Source of the DNA: Candidatus Micrarchaeota archaeon
Lineage (GTDB): Archaea > Micrarchaeota > Micrarchaeia > Anstonellales > Bilamarchaeaceae
DNA: 64,000 nucleotides
NCBI GenBank assembly: GCA_038046805.1
Contig: JBBSVO010000006.1
Coordinates: forward strand, 196,452-260,451
Direction: 5' to 3'
In this document: positions 8,296 to 17,982 of the stretch, in pieces
How the letters are laid out: every line of letters starts with the position of its first letter
Numbering within the stretch: position 1 is the stretch's first letter
Position numbers and translations under genes: made by a program
The notes under the pieces: generated by a model
Told to the model about the DNA's origin: nothing
What the model saw: only the letters and a program-made list of their open reading frames with translations
The model's database searches: none

Positions 8296-9306
8296 GTGGC
8301 GACCAAGATGCAGAAAGAAGGCGAAGATGGACCAGTAAAGTTGGATAGGTTGGACTACCAAATCCTCTATGAGTTGGACTGCGACGGGTTCCAATCATTG
8401 TCAAAAATCGGAAAGAAGCTGCGCGCAGGCAGGGACGTGATGCATTACCGCGTAAAACGTCTTGAAGAACTCGGAATAATAAAAAAATACGTTCCGATTA
8501 TTGATTACGGAAAGATGGGTTACACAGCCGGTGCAGTGTATATCAAATTCCATCACGACACTCCCGAGCTTCGGGCGGAAATCATAGAATACTACAAAAA
8601 CAATAACGATGTCTGGTGGCTTTTCGACATGACGCCGAACTTTGATATTGCGTTCGGATGGTTTGGCAAGAGTCTCGCGGAACTCACCGACAAACGAATC
8701 GAGCTGCTCCGCAAATACAGAAAATATTTCCGGGAATTTAAATTCCGCATTTACAACTGCCATCATCATTTCAAAAGGGATTATCTGATGCAGCCGCAAG
8801 GCAGGCGGGACGCCCGCACTTTGCCATCGGTTGTCGTTTCCGCAGGAACCGAAAAAATCACGGACGAAACTGATGATAAAATCCTGAAAATCCTTTCCGA
8901 AAACGCGCGGCTCCCATACACGGAAATCGCAAATAAGCTAGAACTCTCCGCAGCACAAGTTCATTATCGCATCCAGAATCTAAAATCAAAAAAAATCCTG
9001 CTGGGTGCAAAACCAATGCTTGATTTGCAAAAACTGGGGCACGGGCTTTTCAAACTGGACATTTACCTGGATGATTATTCAATCTACGAAGACCTGAGAA
9101 AATTCGTTTTCTCGCTTCCAAATGCCGTCTATGCTTATGACGTAATAGGAGGCGCAGATATAGAGCTTGATTTTGAAGTCAAAAATTTCCCAGAACTTTC
9201 GCAGATTCAGGACATCATCAAATCAAAATTCGGAAAGTCAATCAGCCATATGGAATATTATCATTTCCCGAAAGAGTATAAGCTGGGCTATTTCCCGGGG
9301 ATATAA
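8296..9306 (+). CDS. Tandem (double-domain) Lrp/AsnC transcriptional regulator
   Basis: Two Lrp HTHs (LDRLDYQILYEL...; DETDDKILKILSENARLPYTEIANKL). Confidence 0.9.
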   Translation: MATKMQKEGEDGPVKLDRLDYQILYELDCDGFQSLSKIGKKLRAGRDVMHYRVKRLEELGIIKKYVPIIDYGKMGYTAGAVYIKFHHDTPELRAEIIEYYKNNNDVWWLFDMTPNFDIAFGWFGKSLAELTDKRIELLRKYRKYFREFKFRIYNCHHHFKRDYLMQPQGRRDARTLPSVVVSAGTEKITDETDDKILKILSENARLPYTEIANKLELSAAQVHYRIQNLKSKKILLGAKPMLDLQKLGHGLFKLDIYLDDYSIYEDLRKFVFSLPNAVYAYDVIGGADIELDFEVKNFPELSQIQDIIKSKFGKSISHMEYYHFPKEYKLGYFPGI

Positions 9307-9333
9307 CTAAATTTTATCCCTACAATCTGTGTA

Positions 9334-11100
9334 TCACGCCGGCATTCTCGCACCGTTTCTCCTATCTAGGCCAGAACCTCTTCCGGAATCCATATGTTTT
9401 CTTCCCATCGAAGCAGTTTTTGTATTACTAATATTGTGCACGATTGTTGCTATCCTTCGAATAGTTGCATTCTCACCGGAAATAAATCCACGCATTTTTT
9501 TCCTTACTTCTTCATCCCCGCGTGCCAACTTTATCATGTGTTCAGTAATAAGACCTTCCAATTCTGGTTTTGCCCCAACATATTCTGCAATCCCATCCAT
9601 CACATCTCTTTTGCACGGGCCGAGAAATCCGAATAGTTCCATTGCTATGGAGTGCATTGCCGTATCTGCAATGTTCCCGCCGCCTTCCAGCATCTTGTCA
9701 AACAGTTCGCGTACCCCCGGCCTTCTTTTGAACGAAATTGCGACTGCCATCCTCGTTATCACTAATTCTGCTGTTTTATTCGTAATTTGTTGATTCACAA
9801 ATTGTGGGTTTGAGACTGAGGCCTCACTGCTTGCTAGGCATGTTGTTTGGTTACGTTGTTCAAGTGTTCGTATCACTTTTTCGGCAAATGCAACAGCTCT
9901 CCATCTTTTTTCCGGGTCGTTTTTTCCAAGGCGGTATTCTATCCCAGATGTTGCTGCCCTCCAGTGCGGTCCTTCCAATACCTGTGCAGTAATACTGATT
10001 AGTGCATCATTAGCTGGCGTATCCTTGTCTGGTTCAAATCTCTTTGCACATTCCCTTGCTGCGTGAAAAGTTTCTCTAGACCCCATTGTAATCTCTTTTA
10101 TTGCGTCCTTACATCTCTGGTTATACCCTCTTTTCTGGGCAAGTTCCATTAGGTTGGCCAGGCATTCAACGCCGAAAGTGCTGTTGAATGTAATTTCTAT
10201 GTACATCTCCTGGCCACGTCGGGAAATACACTCATCAACAGCCCATATTAATTCGCCAATGTTTTCGGACGCCTTTTTCATGAATTCGGCATCTTCCTTT
10301 CTGTTCCTTCCTTTTACAATCCCTGCCAGAACCGTTTTGACGTGGGGATATGAACGGTCGTCTGCAATCGCATGCTTAATGAATTTCCATATGGGCCAGA
10401 ATTCCGGAATTCTGGTACCGAGCATAACAAGCAGTTCTGCACCGCGTTTCTGTTCCTCTCCATTGGCCAATGAGCGGACCAGAGATTTTATAAAAACAGC
10501 GCGCTCGTCAGGTGGAATAGAGCACACAATATTAATTGCGGTTTTTGTGAATTGTTCTGTGCATGTTGGTCTGAAAAGCACTGCATTCAGACTGCCACAG
10601 ATACCGATCGCCATTTTTTTATCTGCATTTGCAAGTGAAACAAGCGCCCTTTCTGCATCCAACAATGTTTTTCCTTCCACTCTTGCTGCAACCTCAACTG
10701 CGTTCACAGCAACTTTTTTAGGATAATCTCTAACAAGTCGCACAATGAAACTCTCGCAGAACAATCTTAGCCTGGTCCGTCCGGTTTCATTTGCTCCCCC
10801 CTCTTGTAAATGTTCAATGGATTTTTCAAATATCACTTCGGTCAATGTATCCGGGTCTAATACTCCACTCTTTCTTATCTGCTCTTCCAGTTCAATAAGC
10901 TCTCTGAGAAATCCGTCCAAACAGGTTGCAAATACTTCGGTTTTATCGACTTCAAAATAAACAGGTTTGAGCCATTCGGTCACAGTAGTCGTTATAAGTT
11001 TTTTTCCAGAACGTATTTCTGTGAATAATCTATATGTAAGTCCGTCAGTAAATATTCTCGCACATATGCGTGCCTGTTCCAGTTCTGCTTCGGTATACAT
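9334..11100 (-). CDS. Hypothetical helical protein (588 aa)
   Basis: Long ORF with a TATA box about 25 nt upstream. No recognisable motif. Confidence 0.6.
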   Translation of the reverse strand: MYTEAELEQARICARIFTDGLTYRLFTEIRSGKKLITTTVTEWLKPVYFEVDKTEVFATCLDGFLRELIELEEQIRKSGVLDPDTLTEVIFEKSIEHLQEGGANETGRTRLRLFCESFIVRLVRDYPKKVAVNAVEVAARVEGKTLLDAERALVSLANADKKMAIGICGSLNAVLFRPTCTEQFTKTAINIVCSIPPDERAVFIKSLVRSLANGEEQKRGAELLVMLGTRIPEFWPIWKFIKHAIADDRSYPHVKTVLAGIVKGRNRKEDAEFMKKASENIGELIWAVDECISRRGQEMYIEITFNSTFGVECLANLMELAQKRGYNQRCKDAIKEITMGSRETFHAARECAKRFEPDKDTPANDALISITAQVLEGPHWRAATSGIEYRLGKNDPEKRWRAVAFAEKVIRTLEQRNQTTCLASSEASVSNPQFVNQQITNKTAELVITRMAVAISFKRRPGVRELFDKMLEGGGNIADTAMHSIAMELFGFLGPCKRDVMDGIAEYVGAKPELEGLITEHMIKLARGDEEVRKKMRGFISGENATIRRIATIVHNISNTKTASMGRKHMDSGRGSGLDRRNGARMPA

Positions 11101-11362
11101 ACATCACATTATCTGGTCGGTTGTATTTTTATAAGTTTGGTGGGCCGTTTCTTTTGTCAATTTCCTCGTTTCGGAGGGTTTTTAAATTGTTTCTACGAAT
11201 GTATATTTGTGGCATCTATTATAGGATGAATTAGCAATATCCCGAGACAAGAATGTTTTCTCGTCTCGATCTATACTGAACCAACGATATAAAACCAAAA
11301 ATCGTAAATCGGAATTACATACTTGGTTCAGTATATAAGATGAATTAACAAGGTTGATACAC

Positions 11363-12163
11363 ATGACACTTCAGGCTGGATGTAATGTCCGTAAGTTAGA
11401 AGACTGCTCGGTGTTGATTACTATGGGCAATGTCCCTGGTGGTTCAGTGCTTGCCGTTACGCTTGAAAAACAGAATCTGAAAGCATTTCTGCATTTTGTT
11501 TCCTGCAAACAAATCCGTGCAGCTGCGAATCTTTTGGCTTCGGTGTATTCCATTTCACCTGGGAACTCTCTGGTTTTTGTAGATATATTTGTGAATTCTG
11601 CTGTTGGAAAACAAATGATTTCTGAATTTAATTCTTCAAGTGCCTTGCCTGCGTCTCAACAAATGCTCGAATCACCGCGCAAACCACATTTGCAATCAGT
11701 ATCCCTTACCCATGACGGCGGAATCCAAATAACTACAAAAAATGGCGGTTTGGATATGAAGCAGGATTTGTTGAATCGCATTTTATCTGCGTATGTACAT
11801 AACGGGGAGCAAGCTATGACAGATGAGCTTGTAAACGGGATGCGAGGGCTAAACAGGGATTTTGCAACAAAATGTGTTCGTGCGTTTCTTGAGTCTGAAG
11901 TTGGCAGGGGTCTGGTCCGCAATCACAATCCCAAGGACACGCAGACAGGTGGCCAGAAGCCCAGAACAGGAAGGCACTTGGACTTTACCACGTGGACCGT
12001 CATATTATTCGCAGCCGCATCTATGGGTGTAGGTTCACTAAGCCATTTATCCGAACGCGATGATCGGATTGTAAGAACAAGAGAAATGGTGGCAAGATTT
12101 TGCGGAAAAGCAGAACAAGGCGCAACTCGCCCGGCGGTCAACACCCGTCGGCTATTTTACTGA
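11363..12163 (+). CDS. Hypothetical protein with one C-terminal hydrophobic segment
   Basis: Long ORF. TM-like segment TWTVILFAAASMGVG. Confidence 0.55.
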   Translation: MTLQAGCNVRKLEDCSVLITMGNVPGGSVLAVTLEKQNLKAFLHFVSCKQIRAAANLLASVYSISPGNSLVFVDIFVNSAVGKQMISEFNSSSALPASQQMLESPRKPHLQSVSLTHDGGIQITTKNGGLDMKQDLLNRILSAYVHNGEQAMTDELVNGMRGLNRDFATKCVRAFLESEVGRGLVRNHNPKDTQTGGQKPRTGRHLDFTTWTVILFAAASMGVGSLSHLSERDDRIVRTREMVARFCGKAEQGATRPAVNTRRLFY

Positions 12164-12223
12164 TTTTTTTGGCAAATTCCTCGTTTCAGCAGGTTTTTAA
12201 ATTGTTGTGGTCAGTATATATAC

Positions 12224-12736
12224 ATGGCTTTTGTTCTTAGGGTCTTTGATAGGGGTCATTCTATTACAGTATTTACTAAAAGCCCAGATCTAAGTAGTTT
12301 TAAGGATTTGGATCCTTCAAAAAGAAAAATTTTGGAAGATCATACTTTAATGCATTTAAATAGGGATTATGAGATCCCACACAGCAACTTTTCTATTGGC
12401 AGGAGTAGTTACAGGCATTCATTGGGAAAAGGATGCATCCTGCCCAATATTGCACTTGATGATGATGCCGTATCTCGATGGCACGGAACTTTTCATATTA
12501 GAGACGGTTCTGTTTTCTACGAGGATCACAGCAGCAATGGTACTCTAGTCGATGGGAAGTGGATCGATCATCGCATTGCGCAACTCAAAGTTGGCGCAGT
12601 CCTAGAGTTGGGAAGTAGCCTTGGGAGTAATCCAAGATTTATGCTCATACTTCTCGAATTAAAGCAGGCCTCAGGTTATCTTGATCTTGGTCCGGTAGAT
12701 CCCCGCTTTATTACTAATCCCGGAATGACGGTATAA
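12224..12736 (+). CDS. FHA domain protein
   Basis: IGR...VSRWH...D.HSSNGT.VDG FHA signature residues. Confidence 0.85.
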   Translation: MAFVLRVFDRGHSITVFTKSPDLSSFKDLDPSKRKILEDHTLMHLNRDYEIPHSNFSIGRSSYRHSLGKGCILPNIALDDDAVSRWHGTFHIRDGSVFYEDHSSNGTLVDGKWIDHRIAQLKVGAVLELGSSLGSNPRFMLILLELKQASGYLDLGPVDPRFITNPGMTV

Positions 12737-12848
12737 TCTGGTTTAGTATATCCGCAATCCGAAACGCGGAACAACAAACGCAAAGTCCAAGCCCCTAGAC
12801 TCTAAATCCCTTTTAAATTCTACGTCTTCTAATTCATCACTGATATTT

Positions 12849-13772
12849 ATGATGCAAATAACCTTTATCGGAACAGGCGGTTCTGCTCCAACTCCATCAC
12901 GTGGTTTACCCGCAATAGCGATCCATGCAAAGGAACTCATGCTTTTTGACTGCGGCGAGGGAACCCAGCGTCAGATGATGCGATATAAAGTCGGCTATGG
13001 TTCAGTGCGTGCAATTTTCATCTCTCATATGCACCTTGACCATTATCTCGGAATTTTCGGGCTTCTTGAAACACTGAGAATGAATTCTCCCTCACCAAAG
13101 CCACTTCACATTTTCGCTCCAGCGGCATTCTATGAAAAATTTTTGGCAATCAGCGGTTACAAAGCGGCAAACTACAAATTTGTTGAAATACATTCAATTC
13201 GCGTCGACGGTTCGAATTCGGAAAGTAAAATTTACGAAAATGATGAATTCGAAGTCAGTGCGTTTCCGGTAGAGCACGGAATGCGGGATGCGTTTGGTTT
13301 CATAATAAAAGAAAAGGACAAGATAAAATTCCACGAAGAAAAAGCACACGGACTCGGATTAAAAGGAAAATTATTCCGCACGATTCAGGACAAGGGTGAG
13401 GTCACGGTTGGCGGAAAGAAAATCAGACTCAAGGAGGTTAGTTGGGTAAAAGAAGGCGCAAGGATAGTTTACACTGGAGACACAACCTCCTCAAAATCCG
13501 TAGCCTCTGCGGCAAAGGGAGCTGCCCTTCTTATCCACGACGCTACTTTTTCATCCGAATCCAATGCCTCCGAAACTGAAAAGCGGGAGCATTCCTCTGC
13601 AAAGGATGCTGCAGAAATCGCAAAAAAAGCTGGAGTAACTCAGCTTGTCCTCACGCATATAAGTGCGAGATATTCTGAAAAAGAAGACAAAACCAGGCTT
13701 TTGGAAGAAGCAAAAGCGGTTTTTTCATCAACAATCCTTGCGGAAGACGGTTTGGTAGTTGATGTAAAATAA
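12849..13772 (+). CDS. rnz: Ribonuclease Z
   Basis: GTGGSAPTPSR, DCGEGTQRQ, SHMHLDH, GDT, HDATF, HSS, THISARY. Confidence 0.95.
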   Translation: MMQITFIGTGGSAPTPSRGLPAIAIHAKELMLFDCGEGTQRQMMRYKVGYGSVRAIFISHMHLDHYLGIFGLLETLRMNSPSPKPLHIFAPAAFYEKFLAISGYKAANYKFVEIHSIRVDGSNSESKIYENDEFEVSAFPVEHGMRDAFGFIIKEKDKIKFHEEKAHGLGLKGKLFRTIQDKGEVTVGGKKIRLKEVSWVKEGARIVYTGDTTSSKSVASAAKGAALLIHDATFSSESNASETEKREHSSAKDAAEIAKKAGVTQLVLTHISARYSEKEDKTRLLEEAKAVFSSTILAEDGLVVDVK

Positions 13773-13911
13773 AGAGATTTTATGACGTTATCTTCGTCCA
13801 TTCACGAAGTCTATCTCCGTTTAGTGTCGAATCCCATTGGTCTTTTTATAAACCACTGTTTATAATACCACAGAACCTTTTTAAATGTTGTGTTGAACAC
13901 TCTCTCTAATC

Positions 13912-14056
13912 CCGTTAGAAGTTATTCTCTAGCGGAACCGAGAGGGATCTTTCCTTTCGGGTATGGGGCCTGTGGCGGGAAAAAACCTAGGATCCCGTCG
14001 CGAAAAACCGCCGTTAAAAATTTTAATTCGGCTCCACAAAGGCGGTTAAAAAATTG
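13912..14056 (+). promoter_or_regulatory. Long multi-hairpin 5' leader of the S-layer gene
   Basis: TTTTTAAA box at about 13880, four consecutive inverted repeats, then a GAGGTGA SD before ATG 14067. Confidence 0.5.
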
Positions 14057-14066
14057 AGGTGAAAGA

Positions 14067-16817
14067 ATGAAAGTGAACCTGAAGAAAATCGGGGCCATAG
14101 TCGCAGGCGCGACAATATTGGCCAGTTCCGTAGCCTTTGCAGGGCTATGGTTTGGAAACACCCAATTGGTAAACGATAACGGCGCACCAGCTGTTAAAGT
14201 TGTAGTGGGTGAAGGAGCGGCTGCCTCAGACGGTGTTGCTGCAGCAAACATTGCGGCAAAAATCGCGAGCTCGGCTTTCAAGAGCCAGGAGCTAAAGGCA
14301 GAGCTGAAGGGTGAGCCAACCTGTTCCGCAGGAAGCGGAGAGGGAAAGTGTGCTATTAGCAATGAAAAAGTAACTCTGGAAATTACAGTTCCGGGTACGA
14401 TTGCTGAAGGTACATATCAATTGCAGACCCTTATCGGCGACAACGTAGACAGACTGTTGGTTGACAGAGGTGCAAACAGCCTCAGTACCAGTGGTTATGC
14501 GTTTGGATCTGATGCAACGGACACATCAAACCCGTTCACAGACAGTTCGACTTATTTGTCTGGTGGTCCATCCGATACGTCAATCTTTAAGGTTGATGGT
14601 GGAATGTTCACACCGTTTGCAAAATACACTGTAGAGGACCCATATGCGGGAAAGACCTATACAGAAGAGCAGACAATGTGGGTTAAGGGTAAAACAAGAT
14701 ACTCTGAGTCAAAGGATGCAATCGTTGCAGATCTTGACACTCTTGCATATGTATTGAAATTCAAGGGTGCAACAGATGATCTGGGTATCCAGAAGTGTAC
14801 AACGCCAACAAATACGACATTGTACGCCTCATGTACCTCAACAAGCAACTCAGACTACCTGACAAGCACACACAAGACACAAGTTAGTTTCTTGGGTGAA
14901 CCATGGGTAATCAGCGAAATGGATCCGCCAACAACGGCCCTGACAACAGAAACAGGCCTTGTATCTGGTGGTTACGTTAAGCTGGCAAAGGAATCAGTAA
15001 CAGGCGTTCTTAACCAGGGAGATTCATTCGACTTGGGTGACGTGAAGATTGTACTGGATGACCTGGAAGCCCACGGTGAAACAGTCGCAGCTATAGTATC
15101 TATAGTTGACAAAGCCACTGAAAAAGTCTTGAAAAAAGACAAGGCATCAGTAGGAACAACAAAGGAGATAAGTGCAGGTGGAAAAATCTATAGAGTTCAC
15201 CTCTACAAAGTTGCTCCAGGTTATACCTACGGTGCAAAGTGGGCCGACATGGCAGTTTACTCGAAAGAGTTAAAACTCCAGAGCGGTTCCAGGCTTGACC
15301 CGGACTACGACAACAACAAAGAATGGAGAGTTGTCCTTGGTTGGAAAAACAAGGGTGGCGCATCAACAGACGATGATCCAGACTCATTGAGAATGGTAGG
15401 CGTTTGGACAAGCGATGCATACAACCTGATAAACAACAACCTCGTAAAAGGAGACTATGCTCCGTTGGTTCAGGACCCAGTCAAGTGGAAATTGAGCTTT
15501 GCCGGACTCACTACGGTTGAGTACGACTCACTCAAATTCACCATGACAAGGGACAGCGCAAAGAACAACATGCAGTACATTCGTGTAACTGGTACGGCTG
15601 ATGCACAGATCTGCAACTTATCTGCCCCGTATGTATATGTATCATCCTCTAAAGATGGTGCAGTATTTACGATTAGCGGTGCTGCAGGTGGATCAGGTTC
15701 TGGTGCGTCCAACAAGTTCTATGTAGCTGTTGGAGGAATTGACTGCAACACAACTGACACGGCAAACATGCCATCTGGTTCGGTTCTTATGCCTGAATCA
15801 TCCACAAGCGATGATTACTGGGTATTGAGAAACTACTCTGGTCCAACCGGTACGCTGAACGTCACTTACTCATTGGCTGGAGATTCCCAGACCTATGCGT
15901 CAGGTGGTGTGATTTCAGTCCAAAACTGGAGTGCTGCGAACACAACTGCAAACGGCTCGATGAGCGAGTTGAGGATGAACTTTTCCGGAAGCCAGTTAAC
16001 TAACTGGGTATTCGGTGTATCCGAAAAGGCGGGTACAGGGGAATCCTATACCTACTCAGACCACTTTATCTTTGGTCTTGATGTAGCGACCCAGGCATCT
16101 TCGTCAACATTTAATTATGACGAAACAACCTACCCGGTCGGCGACACATCTGGTACGGCGCAGTATTTGTTCAAGAAGGACTATGTAAGGTATGTCTTTG
16201 CTGGCCCAACTGATACGGGCAACACAACCAAAGAAGAGGGATTCATTTCAGAAAGAGGATCCCAATTCGTGGCTGTAGACGATGAGTCTGTGCAATTCAA
16301 GATTGCAAAAGACCTGGCATATGCCAAATTCGTCTTGGCTGCTGCAGAAGGTTCATCTAGCACCGAGGCAACCACAAAGATTCTTGGAGAGGGTGATGAG
16401 ACATCAGTTAGCGGTGTCAAAATAAAAGTAAAAGACATCAGCGAAACTGTTGGCGCATGCAGTGTTGGAACTGGTGCGGCTCCGGCATGCACGGTTGACA
16501 CAGCGGGTCAATCTGCAGTTATAATGCCTGAGGACAAAGCATCAGTGATGGCAGCATTGCCATACTCTGGCTCTCTCGCAGGATTGGTAGTTCTTGACAA
16601 GGATGCATCAGACACGGACGTACTCGTTACGGTCGGTGGTCCTGCAGTCAACACTGTCACTGCGGCTGCACTCGAAGGTTCTGCGGTTGACTTTACTGCA
16701 ACACCAGTTGTAGTAAAGGAAGTAGTTGCTGGCAAGAAGATTGTCGTAGCAGGTTTGACTGCTGATGACACACTTTCTGCTGCGGCTGACTTCGTATCCC
16801 AGCTTAAGAGCCAGTAA
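14067..16817 (+). CDS. S-layer protein (Methanococcales/Thermococcales-type N- and C-terminal domains)
   Basis: Signal peptide MKVNLKKIGAIVAGATILASSVAFA, VVVGEGAAASDGVAAANIAA, and C-terminal VGGPAVN...IVVAG. Confidence 0.85.
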   Translation: MKVNLKKIGAIVAGATILASSVAFAGLWFGNTQLVNDNGAPAVKVVVGEGAAASDGVAAANIAAKIASSAFKSQELKAELKGEPTCSAGSGEGKCAISNEKVTLEITVPGTIAEGTYQLQTLIGDNVDRLLVDRGANSLSTSGYAFGSDATDTSNPFTDSSTYLSGGPSDTSIFKVDGGMFTPFAKYTVEDPYAGKTYTEEQTMWVKGKTRYSESKDAIVADLDTLAYVLKFKGATDDLGIQKCTTPTNTTLYASCTSTSNSDYLTSTHKTQVSFLGEPWVISEMDPPTTALTTETGLVSGGYVKLAKESVTGVLNQGDSFDLGDVKIVLDDLEAHGETVAAIVSIVDKATEKVLKKDKASVGTTKEISAGGKIYRVHLYKVAPGYTYGAKWADMAVYSKELKLQSGSRLDPDYDNNKEWRVVLGWKNKGGASTDDDPDSLRMVGVWTSDAYNLINNNLVKGDYAPLVQDPVKWKLSFAGLTTVEYDSLKFTMTRDSAKNNMQYIRVTGTADAQICNLSAPYVYVSSSKDGAVFTISGAAGGSGSGASNKFYVAVGGIDCNTTDTANMPSGSVLMPESSTSDDYWVLRNYSGPTGTLNVTYSLAGDSQTYASGGVISVQNWSAANTTANGSMSELRMNFSGSQLTNWVFGVSEKAGTGESYTYSDHFIFGLDVATQASSSTFNYDETTYPVGDTSGTAQYLFKKDYVRYVFAGPTDTGNTTKEEGFISERGSQFVAVDDESVQFKIAKDLAYAKFVLAAAEGSSSTEATTKILGEGDETSVSGVKIKVKDISETVGACSVGTGAAPACTVDTAGQSAVIMPEDKASVMAALPYSGSLAGLVVLDKDASDTDVLVTVGGPAVNTVTAAALEGSAVDFTATPVVVKEVVAGKKIVVAGLTADDTLSAAADFVSQLKSQ

Positions 16818-16829
16818 AGTGCTGAACTA

Positions 16830-16905
16830 AGGAACGGATAAAACCGTTCCTCTTTCTTTCTTTTTCTATTTTTTATTTTTCTTTTCTAATTTTTATTTAA
16901 TTTTC
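16830..16905 (+). terminator. Hairpin plus long T-tract terminator
   Basis: AGGAACGG-ATAAAA-CCGTTCCT followed by poly-T/C. Confidence 0.7.
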
Positions 16906-17070
16906 AAGGGTGACGCGTAAGTAAGCCGGGGAATACAGAACCATCTAAGTGAGATATCGTTTTTGGATATCGAAACCAGAAACTGCGTTGAATCAAGGCT
17001 CATTGCCCACAGCTCAAGGCTCACGGCAATCCAACCACTTATATAAACCTCACGTGCCTAGTTCTTCCTT

Positions 17071-17862
17071 ATGTTGTGTTCCCGTTGTGGTCAGGAAGGA
17101 CATACGGAATATGGTCCTGATGGCCAGTCTTATTGCTCTTCATGCTCATTTTATGGGATGAACAAGCCTTGTTGGAAGTGTAGGATGTATCTTCCCAGTT
17201 CAGAGCTTCAACAGTGGAGGGGTCAGTGGACTTGTCCGTATTGTAGGATGGACCTACAGGATGAAGAGCAACGCATTGAAAAAAAACACGAGAGACACGA
17301 AACCCCAACGACTGTGCATGGGCATGAAGGTGGCGAATACGTTCCTGCAAAACCAATGGGATTTGGTACTGGTGGAATGGCCGAAGCGCATGCCGAGGGC
17401 GAACGTCGCCTTGATTTTGGTGCAGAACAGGAAACCTGCGACAGGTGCAGGCGAAAGCTTACTATGGTGTATATCATCAATGGAAAAAAGTTCTGCGAGG
17501 TCTGCATGGAAGCCGAGAAAAAAAATTGGGAAAGGGCGGATGCAAGGCCAATGATCGTTCGATTCAGAGCAAAAGGCAATGAAGGCCTGCTTGTAAGCCT
17601 TCTTCGCAAAATGGGCGTTGCCCTTGGGGATTACATAAGAAAAAAACGGGAAGAAAAGGTGGAAAAGGAAAAAACTCTGCTATGGAAAAAAGAACTTCAC
17701 GAGAACAAAGGGAAACTGGAAAAACCAACTGTGGAAAAACCGGAAAAACAAGGAGACCCTGAAATCTCCCCAACACAAAAGAAAAAGCACCCGAAGCCAG
17801 AGTTTGAAAAACATACGAATGACTCCGAGACGGAACTCGCGGAAAAAAAGAAAAAAGATTAA
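17071..17862 (+). CDS. Multi-zinc-finger protein
   Basis: Six CxxC motifs (CSRC, CSSC, CWKC, CPYC, CDRC, CEVC) and a charged tail. Confidence 0.7.
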   Translation: MLCSRCGQEGHTEYGPDGQSYCSSCSFYGMNKPCWKCRMYLPSSELQQWRGQWTCPYCRMDLQDEEQRIEKKHERHETPTTVHGHEGGEYVPAKPMGFGTGGMAEAHAEGERRLDFGAEQETCDRCRRKLTMVYIINGKKFCEVCMEAEKKNWERADARPMIVRFRAKGNEGLLVSLLRKMGVALGDYIRKKREEKVEKEKTLLWKKELHENKGKLEKPTVEKPEKQGDPEISPTQKKKHPKPEFEKHTNDSETELAEKKKKD

Positions 17863-17922
17863 ACGCTAGACGCAAGACTCAGGACTCAAGACCCAAGACT
17901 CCAGACACATACCCCGAGACCC
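17860..17922. repeat. Heptamer tandem repeat tract
   Basis: taaacgc tagacgc aagactc aggactc aagaccc aagactc cagacac atacccc gagaccc. Confidence 0.75.
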
Positions 17923-17982
17923 CCTCTATTTTTATTTTTTGCCGCATTTATCCCGCGTATGTGTGCCCGGTTTGTCCAGAAA

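Noticed and set aside
8070..8404. ORFs 8070..8306 and 8111..8404
   Set aside because: Translations of heptamer repeats and antisense to the Lrp gene.
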